From assembly GCA_035390665.1 (NCBI GenBank), contig DAOOUC010000003.1, positions 1-32,000 on the forward strand: 32,000 bases of DNA, given 5' to 3'. Below, piece by piece: positions 16,505 through 23,982 of this stretch. A program made the translations under genes and the position numbers. A model generated the notes under the pieces. The model had not been told where the DNA came from and ran no database searches. It saw nothing but the letters and a program-made list of their open reading frames with translations. Source of the DNA: an archaeon. Its GTDB lineage: Archaea > Iainarchaeota > Iainarchaeia > Iainarchaeales > CSSED10-239. The stretch's first letter is position 1. The number at the start of each line of letters is the position of its first letter.

Positions 16505-17590
16505 TCATTTATAGGTAGTAGAATATTTCTCTTTGTCATCAATTATATCGTTATTTTTCCAATCCTCGACCCAGTCAGAGACATTATATGACTTATAACT
16601 CCCATCTGGCATAGAACAAACAACTCTAGCAATTCCTGCATTAATAATCATCTTTTTACAAATAAAACAAGGTAAAGAATTTGTAGGGGCTACTATTCCT
16701 TGATAGGTTCTTTTTCCAACAATATACATTGTACCTCCAACAATTGAAACTCCATCTCTTGCTGCATTAATTATTGCATTCTGCTCAGCATGAACACTTG
16801 TACAAAGTTCAAATCTATGACCTGAAGGAATATTTAATTTTCTTCTAAGACAATAACCTTTTTCGAAACAATCCTTTGTTCCTCTTGGTGCTCCTACATA
16901 TCCTGTAGATTTTATTACATTGTCTTTAACAATGATTGCTCCAAAATTAACACATAAACAACTTTCTCTTTTTGATATTTCGTCTGTTATTTTTATAAAA
17001 TATTCATCCCAAGATGGTTTACTTCTATTCTTTATTTGTATTTTTAAAAGTAATTCTTCTATTTGGGGGTTAAGTGCATCAAGTGGACCATCATTATTTA
17101 TTCTAAACTCTGCAAGTTTTTTACAAGCCTCTAAATTTTGTGAGTTTGGATCTGTGCTAGTTAATTCTTTTTTCTCAGAAGCCATAAATTCTTCATAACT
17201 TGAGATTTGTTCTTTTTCTCTTAATCTTTCTTTTGCGCGTTTGTATCTTATTTTTGAATCAGCTTCAACTGAGACAAGATTAAAGTTTGGTAATTTCTTT
17301 AGTTCTTCTATTTCTCCTTGTGTCCTAATAGATTCAACAACAAAGTTTTTTTCAAGACCTTTAATTGTTATTCTATCTACTAGTCTTTTTGCTAAGATGT
17401 TTGGACCAAATTTCTGTCTTAATTCATTACCCACTCTTTGAAGATTTTCTCTTGTAAGTTCAATATTGTTTTTTCTACATTCTTCTCTTATTTCATCTGA
17501 GCAAGAATAAACAATAAATCCTTTTGCTTTTAATATTTCAGATACTGCTCCTTTTCCGCTTGCCAAAAATCCAGTTATACCAATTATCAT
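16505..17590 (-). CDS. bifunctional-looking fusion: N-terminal P-loop nucleotide/nucleoside kinase-like domain plus C-terminal ComEB-type dCMP (deoxycytidylate) deaminase
   Basis: N-terminal Walker A in IIGITGFLASGKGAVSEIL. C-terminal PSWDEYFIKITDEISKRESC, GYVGAPRG, zinc motifs HAEQNAI and PCFICKKMIINAGI. Confidence 0.8.
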   Translation of the reverse strand: MIIGITGFLASGKGAVSEILKAKGFIVYSCSDEIREECRKNNIELTRENLQRVGNELRQKFGPNILAKRLVDRITIKGLEKNFVVESIRTQGEIEELKKLPNFNLVSVEADSKIRYKRAKERLREKEQISSYEEFMASEKKELTSTDPNSQNLEACKKLAEFRINNDGPLDALNPQIEELLLKIQIKNRSKPSWDEYFIKITDEISKRESCLCVNFGAIIVKDNVIKSTGYVGAPRGTKDCFEKGYCLRRKLNIPSGHRFELCTSVHAEQNAIINAARDGVSIVGGTMYIVGKRTYQGIVAPTNSLPCFICKKMIINAGIARVVCSMPDGSYKSYNVSDWVEDWKNNDIIDDKEKYSTTYK

Positions 17591-17603
17591 TTTTTCACCT
17601 AAT

Positions 17604-18086
17604 TTATTTTCTTAAATATGTTATAAAAGAATAGCCTTCTTTTTTTTCTTCATTAACTATTGTCCAGGTATTAGTGTTAATTTCTGGAAAGAAGGTATCT
17701 CCGTCATATTCTTTATCCAGTTGTGTTATTTCTAATTTATTTGCAAGCTCTTGTTCCATTGCTTGTCTATAAATACTAGCTCCTCCAATTATATAAACAA
17801 TATCATCGAGAGTGTGAGCATAATCAATTGCTTCTTTTAATGAATTTTTTATTGTTATATCTTCTTCTTCCCAAGAATCATCTTTAAAACAAACAACAAT
17901 ATTTGTTCTTTCTGGTAATGGCTTTATTGGAAGAGAAAAATATGTATTTTTTCCCATAATTACGGGATGCCCTTTTGTTAATCTTTTAAATCTTTTAAAA
18001 TCCTCAGAAATATGCCAAGGAATTTTATTATCTTTACCAATAGCATGATTCTTTGCAATAGCTACAATAATTATTGTTTCTTTCAT
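17604..18086 (-). CDS. folA: dihydrofolate reductase
   Basis: IIVAIAKNHAIGKDNKIPW, VIMGKNTYFSLP, PLPERTNIVV and YIIGGASIY. 160 aa. Directly abuts thyA. Confidence 0.9.
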   Translation of the reverse strand: MKETIIIVAIAKNHAIGKDNKIPWHISEDFKRFKRLTKGHPVIMGKNTYFSLPIKPLPERTNIVVCFKDDSWEEEDITIKNSLKEAIDYAHTLDDIVYIIGGASIYRQAMEQELANKLEITQLDKEYDGDTFFPEINTNTWTIVNEEKKEGYSFITYLRK

Positions 18087-18953
18087 TTATACCGCGATTT
18101 CGAATTTTATTGTTGGTTGTGCTTTATAGTCTATTACTTTTGTATCTGTGTATTTCCAATCAAAGATAGAAGTAAAGTTTTCTGTTTCTAATTTTGGAAG
18201 AGCTGTCGGAGTTCTTGATAATTGTTCTTTTAAGCCATCTATGTGATTAACATAAATGTGTGTGTCTCCTAAAAAACCAATTAATTTCCCTTCTTTTAAA
18301 TTTGCTTCTTTTGCTAGAAGATGAAGAAGTAAACCATAACTTGCAATATTAAATGGTAGCCCTAGAGCAGAATCAACAGATCTTTGATTCCATAATAGAT
18401 TTAATTTATCATTAATAACTGTAACTTGAAAACCATAATGACAAGGGGGTAAAGCCATGTGTTTGATGTCAAGTGGATTCCATGCAGAAACTATCATCCT
18501 TCTGTCTGTTGGGTTTGTTTTAAGAGTATCAACTAATTTTTTTAATTGATCAACACCATCGCCAGTTGGTGTTTTATCATGTGCTTGATAAGTTTTTCCA
18601 AAATTTCTCCATTGATAACCATAGATTGGACCAAGTTCTCTTTCTTCAAGCATTTTCTTTTTTGTGTTTTCGTCATTTCCATAAGGAATAACATCTGGAG
18701 AACACCATTCATCCCATATGTGATTATCTTTTTCTCTTAACCAATTTTTATCTGTAATACCTTTTATGAAAAATTCTAATTCTGAAGCAACTAATCTAAA
18801 TGGAACTTTCTTAGTTGTTAGAAGTGGAAACCCTTCTAACATATCATGTTCAAACATACAACCTGCAACAGCAATTGTATCAATTCCTGTTCTATTATGT
18901 TTTAGTTCTCCTTTGTCTATAATTAATTTTATAATATCTAGATATGCTTTCAT
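18087..18953 (-). CDS. thyA: thymidylate synthase (ThyA type)
   Basis: NRTGIDT, FPLLTTKKV, IWDEW, LGPIYGYQWR, catalytic Cys in MALPPCH, QRSVDSALGLPFNIASY (Asn specifying dUMP), GDTHIY. 288 aa. Confidence 0.95.
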   Translation of the reverse strand: MKAYLDIIKLIIDKGELKHNRTGIDTIAVAGCMFEHDMLEGFPLLTTKKVPFRLVASELEFFIKGITDKNWLREKDNHIWDEWCSPDVIPYGNDENTKKKMLEERELGPIYGYQWRNFGKTYQAHDKTPTGDGVDQLKKLVDTLKTNPTDRRMIVSAWNPLDIKHMALPPCHYGFQVTVINDKLNLLWNQRSVDSALGLPFNIASYGLLLHLLAKEANLKEGKLIGFLGDTHIYVNHIDGLKEQLSRTPTALPKLETENFTSIFDWKYTDTKVIDYKAQPTIKFEIAV

Positions 18954-18954
18954 T

Positions 18955-19410
18955 TCACTTCACATTTCTCCTTGTATTTACTCTAATTGCTTTTCTTTTC
19001 TTATCTTTTTTTTCCTTTATTGCTTTTTGAAAATTAGGTTCTGTTCTATATATTTCATTAATTAAATCTTCATATGCTTTTCTAATAGTTTCTATCTTTT
19101 CTGTTTGTTCTTGAATTCTTCTTTTCAATAATATTTTATCTGCAGTTTGTATTCCTGCTTTTTCAATTTTAGTCAATAAAGAATTAAATGCTGCCGTTAA
19201 CATTTTCATTTCTTTTATTCTTAATAGATGTTCGTTTGGATTTTCACAAACATAAACTTCTCTTAATTTTTTTAATATCATTTCTGAAATTGAATCAATT
19301 TTATGTTCTTGTTCTTTAATATATTGATAATATTTTTTAGATTTATTAGATTGTGTATTTGATAAATCCAATCTTTTCTTTGCTTCTTCAAAATCAATTA
19401 TTTTTGCCAT
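18955..19410 (-). CDS. coiled-coil protein of unknown function embedded between glyA and thyA
   Basis: 151-aa K/E-rich ORF with 1-nt and 8-nt gaps to its neighbours. No recognisable domain. Confidence 0.45.
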   Translation of the reverse strand: MAKIIDFEEAKKRLDLSNTQSNKSKKYYQYIKEQEHKIDSISEMILKKLREVYVCENPNEHLLRIKEMKMLTAAFNSLLTKIEKAGIQTADKILLKRRIQEQTEKIETIRKAYEDLINEIYRTEPNFQKAIKEKKDKKRKAIRVNTRRNVK

Positions 19411-19418
19411 AATACCAC

Positions 19419-20636
19419 TTATATTTTATCTATTGGATAGTCTTTCAGCATTTCTATTATCTTTAGCTTTATACTTTGCTTTAATTCTTGGTTATCTGGT
19501 TCAGAGATTACTTGATTAATATAATCTGCAATTACTCTAATTTGTTCTTCTTTAAACCCTCTTGTTGTTATTGCAGGAGTTCCAATCCTTATACCTGAAG
19601 TTATAAATGGTTTTTGAGGGTCTTTTGGTATTCCATTTTTGTTAACAGAAATATTTATTTCTTCTAAGATTTCTTGTGCTTTTTTGCCTGTAATGTTTTT
19701 GTTTCTTAAGTCTACAAGTATAAGATGGTTATCAGTTCCATCAGTTACAAGTTTAAAACCATAATTTTGAAGTTCTTGTGCTAAAGTTTTAGAGTTTTTT
19801 AGAACTTGTTCTTGATAAGTTTTAAACTCTGGTTTTAAGGCTTCTTCAAAACAAATTGCTTTTCCTGCAATTATGTGTTCTAATGGCCCTCCTTGAAAAC
19901 CAGGAAAATTATTTTTGTTTATTTTTTCTCCAATTTCGTCATTATCTGTTAAGATTAGTCCACCTCTTGGGCCTCTTAAAGTTTTATGAGTGGTTGAAGT
20001 AACAATATCTGCATAAGGTAAAGGCGATTGGTGAAGGTTGGTTGCGACCAAACCAGCAATATGTGCCATGTCTGCCATTAGATATGCATCAACAGAATCT
20101 GCAATTTCTCTAAATCTTTTAAAATCAATCTTACGAGGATAAGCAGAAGCACCACAAACAATCATTTTTGGTTTTATTTCTTTTGAAAGCTTTTGGATTT
20201 CATCATAATCAAGATAACCATTTTCATCTGTTCCATAACTATAACTTTCAAGAAGTCTACCTGAAAAATTAAGTTTAAAACCATGTGTCAAGTGTCCTCC
20301 ACTATCAAGAGACATGCCAAGTATTTTATCTCCTTTTTCAAGTAAAGAAAAATAAGCTATTAAGTTTGCAGAAGAACCAGAGTGTGGTTGAACATTTACA
20401 TATTTACATTTGAAAAGTTCTTTTGCTTTTTCTCGTGCATAATCTTCAATCTCATCAACAACCTCACACCCAGAGTAATATCTTTTTCCAGGATATCCTT
20501 CAGCATATTTGTTTGTAAGAACAGAACCACAAGCTTCTCTAATCTCTTTAGAACAAATATTTTCAGAAGCAATCATTTCTACAGTTTCTTGTTGTCTAAT
20601 CTTTTCTTTCTCTATTAGTTCTTTTATTTTTGACAT
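19419..20636 (-). CDS. glyA: serine hydroxymethyltransferase
   Basis: ELIASEN-type N-terminus (EMIASENI), [14 protein letters not shown]-lysine block [15 protein letters not shown]. 405 aa. Confidence 0.95.
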   Translation of the reverse strand: MSKIKELIEKEKIRQQETVEMIASENICSKEIREACGSVLTNKYAEGYPGKRYYSGCEVVDEIEDYAREKAKELFKCKYVNVQPHSGSSANLIAYFSLLEKGDKILGMSLDSGGHLTHGFKLNFSGRLLESYSYGTDENGYLDYDEIQKLSKEIKPKMIVCGASAYPRKIDFKRFREIADSVDAYLMADMAHIAGLVATNLHQSPLPYADIVTSTTHKTLRGPRGGLILTDNDEIGEKINKNNFPGFQGGPLEHIIAGKAICFEEALKPEFKTYQEQVLKNSKTLAQELQNYGFKLVTDGTDNHLILVDLRNKNITGKKAQEILEEINISVNKNGIPKDPQKPFITSGIRIGTPAITTRGFKEEQIRVIADYINQVISEPDNQELKQSIKLKIIEMLKDYPIDKI

Positions 20637-20644
20637 AATAAATC

Positions 20645-21604
20645 CTATTTAATTATTTCATCTAATATTTTTGACATCTTTGTTTTGATTTTTTCTTTTG
20701 AATCATAGATATTAAATCTATAGATTTCTGGAAGATATTTTGAAGTATGCATTTTACATCCTTCTGTGTAAAGTTTATCAAGCCATTTACCTGCATATCT
20801 TTTATTAACAAGTAATTGATAGTCTGAATTTAATTCGTGATCATCAAGTATTCTTCCTTCACTTCTTTTGTTCTTTAATTCTAAATATTTTTCTTTCTTC
20901 CAAGATTTTGGACCACACACAACAAAGATATGTGTTGGTGGAAACCTAAAAGCAACTTTGTGACCTGGAAGAGAAAGATATTTTTTTAGTTTTATACCTT
21001 TCTGGTTATTTTCTTTATCATAAACTTGATAACAAGCAGATTCTTCGCTTCTGCTTCTAATAATTATTCTTTTATTATCTCTTAATATCTTTCTTATTCT
21101 ATAAAATTCATCAATTCTATATGCTTGATGTACAAGAGCTGCAGAATATCCATCAATTGTTTCTTCAAAATCATAAGAACTTCTGTTCTGTTCAATCACT
21201 CTATTTACTTGGCCAGCGCCTCTTTTTGTTGGTTCTTCCAAAACCCAAACATCTGCAGAATCTGGATTAATATAAGTAGTTATTTTATTTTTCTTAAAAG
21301 AGCCAACTAAAAGGTCTGAATTTTTATTATATCCGGAAAGTAAAGAATAAATTTCTAATAATAATTTATCTTTTTTTTCTTGTGAAAAAGAATCTGAATT
21401 CAAAAAATCTCTTAAAGACATAAAATCTTTATTGTATTCTTTAAAAATCTCAGCATGAAACAAAAGATCCATTTCTGTTCCTCTAATGTCTCTAATTGTT
21501 TTTCCTTTTTCCTTAAAATAATTTATAAAATCATTAATCTGTGTGCTTGTTCCAGACATATCTGGTCCACAAATTACTATATCAAAGAATTCGGTTGTTG
21601 TCAT
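20645..21604 (-). CDS. thymidylate-kinase-like (dNMP kinase fold) protein with degenerate P-loop and a ~90-aa insertion
   Basis: Blocks are collinear with Tmk. [15 protein letters not shown] matches (V)IEGxDGxGKSTQ, [10 protein letters not shown] matches [20 protein letters not shown] matches DRxxxSSxAYQ, and [10 protein letters not shown] matches PDLTxxLD. The Walker-A Lys is replaced by Thr. By-eye alignment. Confidence 0.45.
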   Translation of the reverse strand: MTTTEFFDIVICGPDMSGTSTQINDFINYFKEKGKTIRDIRGTEMDLLFHAEIFKEYNKDFMSLRDFLNSDSFSQEKKDKLLLEIYSLLSGYNKNSDLLVGSFKKNKITTYINPDSADVWVLEEPTKRGAGQVNRVIEQNRSSYDFEETIDGYSAALVHQAYRIDEFYRIRKILRDNKRIIIRSRSEESACYQVYDKENNQKGIKLKKYLSLPGHKVAFRFPPTHIFVVCGPKSWKKEKYLELKNKRSEGRILDDHELNSDYQLLVNKRYAGKWLDKLYTEGCKMHTSKYLPEIYRFNIYDSKEKIKTKMSKILDEIIK

Positions 21605-21679
21605 TTTTATCCCAAATATAATAACTAGTAAAGTGTTTATAAATTGTTTCTACAAATATTTATGTATATATAAAAAATT

Positions 21680-22501
21680 ATGATTTATATGAATATTTTA
21701 CTTATTTGTTCAAAAAACGATCTTGCATCTGTTAATTTTTTTGAAACTCTAACCACAGAAAGCTTTGAATTTACTACATTTTCAAAAAATCTTTGGTTTT
21801 TAAACAAAGAAAATAAAATTTATCTAACATTAACAGAAAAAATGCATCTCTATCTTGAAGAAAAAGACATTTTAGATATTGAAAAAGAAGCCGATGTAAA
21901 ATTTGAACAAATAATTTTTCTTTCAAAACATTCAACTCTTTCAGAAATAAAGCCAAGAACAATCTCTGTTCATTCAATTGGAAATTGGGGAAAAGCAGAG
22001 CTTGGTGGAATTGATGAGACTGTTGTAAAAACAGATCCAATATTAATTCGTTATTTGCTTTTGGATTTCTATAATAATAAACCAAAAACTTTGCCATTTG
22101 AAATAAAACAAGAAGCAACACATCATGGACCTTTCCTTTCTAAATCAACAATATTTGTGGAAATTGGCTCAAATGAAAATGCATGGAAAGATAAGGAGGC
22201 TTCTATTTTTGTTTGTAAGGAATTAATAAAAATTATTTCGGATTATAATAAAATAAAAATTAAACAAGAAACTGATTGGAAAGAAGCAGTTGGCTTTGGT
22301 GGCTCTCATTATTGTACAAAATTTAATAGATTAACTTTTGACCGAAACAATAAGTTTTGCTTTGGACATGTTATCCCTGATTATGCCATTACACAAATTA
22401 CAGATAAACAAAAACTTAATCAAATATTAGAACAAGCAAAAGAAGAAAGTAATTCTTCTATGGTTTTAGATGAAAATTTAAAAGACATTATTTCTTTTTA
22501 A
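21680..22501 (+). CDS. dtdA: archaeal-type D-aminoacyl-tRNA deacylase (DtdA / tRNA_deacylase family)
   Basis: SVHSIGNWG...AELGG, QEATHHGP and FVEIGSNENAW are signatures of the archaeal DTD family. 273 aa. The true start may be the second ATG at 21689. Confidence 0.75.
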   Translation: MIYMNILLICSKNDLASVNFFETLTTESFEFTTFSKNLWFLNKENKIYLTLTEKMHLYLEEKDILDIEKEADVKFEQIIFLSKHSTLSEIKPRTISVHSIGNWGKAELGGIDETVVKTDPILIRYLLLDFYNNKPKTLPFEIKQEATHHGPFLSKSTIFVEIGSNENAWKDKEASIFVCKELIKIISDYNKIKIKQETDWKEAVGFGGSHYCTKFNRLTFDRNNKFCFGHVIPDYAITQITDKQKLNQILEQAKEESNSSMVLDENLKDIISF

Positions 22502-23612
22502 TTTCTTTCTTAATTCTCTCTCTAATTTTCTCATCTAAAGCAAATATTGTTTGAATGTTTGGATTTTTAGAATAGAATGTTTTATCCTCTAATATTTTTG
22601 AAAATATTTTAACAAATGAGTCTTTAGGTAAATTATTTTTATAAAGCTCTTCAGCACAAACATCATAAACCATTTGGAAAAGAATTGGATAACTGCCACC
22701 TTTTTTTATTGATAAATAAGCTAATTTAAGAGTTGCTATTTCTTCAAAATTTATCTTTTTAATATTTATATTGATATTATCTTCTAATTTGTTATTTTCT
22801 TTTATTTGAGAATTGTCAAGATAATATAAATTATATATTGATTCTTTATTATTATCTGTATAATTAAAAACAGTACATCCGTTCTTTAGTTGTAATATCA
22901 AGTTTATTTTTTCTGTATTTGACTTATAGAAATCAAAATTATCTAATTCTAAATTATATAAGTTAGACATTACAATTAAATGTCTAGACAACCACATTTT
23001 ATTTTTAAAATAAAATATTTTTTTAAATTCAGATAATGTTTTAGAGGGATTTGTATAATTTGTTAAATTTTCTTTATCTTCCTTTGTATCATAATCTATA
23101 AGTATTATTTTATCAATTTCATTTAATTTTTTAGTATTTGAAAATAATGACATAGATTGAAATTGAGGGGTAATATAATTTAATTCAATTCCTTTGTTTT
23201 TTGCTTCATTAATGATTATCTTTCCAGAATATAAAATTGGTTCAAGATTAAGTAATCCAATGTCTTTATATTCTCCGATAGATGCTAATATTAATTTCAC
23301 AGAATCAATTCCAGTAAAATCAGAAATTATCAAATCACAGTCTGTAATTTTTAGGAAAGAAGTATATTGAGAATAATCGTGATAACATTTAATATTAAAT
23401 TCTAATTCTAATTTTTCTGCCAAATCTTTATTAGGAAAGAAAATAACAGATGGTTGTAATTCTTGAATTTGCTTTTTAAATAAATCAAATTGTTTTTCAT
23501 CATTACAAAGTAGTGCTGAAATCTTATATTTTTGATTATGTCTTTTAAAAAAATCAATAATCTCTTGAGATTTTTTTCTTTGACTTCCTAAAATTAGCAT
23601 TTTTTTTATCAT
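22488..23612 (-). CDS. DXR-like (1-deoxy-D-xylulose-5-phosphate reductoisomerase fold) protein with degenerate cofactor and catalytic motifs; function unknown
   Basis: Length (374 aa) and collinear by-eye blocks match DXR. MLILGSQRKKSQEIIDFFKRH..YKISALL aligns with ILGSTGSIGxxTLDVI..P..FxVxAL, LLNLEPIL with LANKESLV, YITPQFQS with PVDSEHNA, and LKLAYLSIKKGGSYPILF with LKLAxEAxxxGGxxPxxL. The GSTGSIG, DSEH and downstream His/Glu residues are not conserved. Confidence 0.35.
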   Translation of the reverse strand: MIKKMLILGSQRKKSQEIIDFFKRHNQKYKISALLCNDEKQFDLFKKQIQELQPSVIFFPNKDLAEKLELEFNIKCYHDYSQYTSFLKITDCDLIISDFTGIDSVKLILASIGEYKDIGLLNLEPILYSGKIIINEAKNKGIELNYITPQFQSMSLFSNTKKLNEIDKIILIDYDTKEDKENLTNYTNPSKTLSEFKKIFYFKNKMWLSRHLIVMSNLYNLELDNFDFYKSNTEKINLILQLKNGCTVFNYTDNNKESIYNLYYLDNSQIKENNKLEDNININIKKINFEEIATLKLAYLSIKKGGSYPILFQMVYDVCAEELYKNNLPKDSFVKIFSKILEDKTFYSKNPNIQTIFALDEKIRERIKKEIKKK

Positions 23613-23664
23613 CTTTTTCTTTCTTAGTTATAAAAAATAAAAGAAAAAAAGAGAAATAATATCT

Positions 23665-23736
23665 CTTAATTTCTTACTTTATCAAAAAGATTTATTTTTT
23701 TGCTGGTTTTTTTGCTGCCTTTTTCTTTGCTGCCAT
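23665..23736 (-). CDS. candidate small ORF, 23 aa lysine-rich peptide MAAKKKAAKKPAKKINLFDKVRN
   Basis: Not in the ORF track (too short). The ATG at 23736 is preceded by the strongest SD-like motif in the window, AGGGGGGAAGGAAC (23737..23750). TAA stop at 23665..23667, 52 nt upstream of the DXR-like gene start. A conserved promoter-like module lies ~70 nt upstream. Confidence 0.4.
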
Positions 23737-23777
23737 GTTCCTTCCCCCCTATTTTTAATATGAATATTAAAAATTAT

Positions 23778-23807
23778 CTATATATATGTATGAAAGATAT
23801 ATAAAGC
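23778..23807 (-). promoter_or_regulatory. promoter-like module (minus strand GCTTTATATATCTTTCATACATATATAT), copy 1 of 2
   Basis: TTTATATA (TATA-box-like) starts ~69 nt upstream of the sORF ATG. It shares TTTATATATCTTT...CATATATAT with the copy at 26057..26083. Confidence 0.4.
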
Positions 23808-23982
23808 TTATTATTTTATATTGTCCAATATTTCTCACAGGTTTTTTTGTGTGCGTTTATTAGTCCTGTCTGAGAAAATAGGTGTTTATTATTTCTATAG
23901 GCAAAAAAAAATAATTTGTCCAATTGTGTGTGTGTTGTCCAAGAAATTGTGAGATAAACAAAAAGATAAAAATATAAAAAAA

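Noticed and set aside
18087-18953. The ThyA homologue as a dCMP/dUMP hydroxymethylase for hypermodified DNA bases, given the phage-like clustering with a kinase and a deaminase.
   Set aside because: The substrate-specifying residue in GLPFNIASY is Asn (dUMP-specific ThyA), not the Asp of dCMP hydroxymethylases. The catalytic Cys and folate-binding blocks look standard. FolA, needed only for the reductive ThyA reaction, is directly adjacent.
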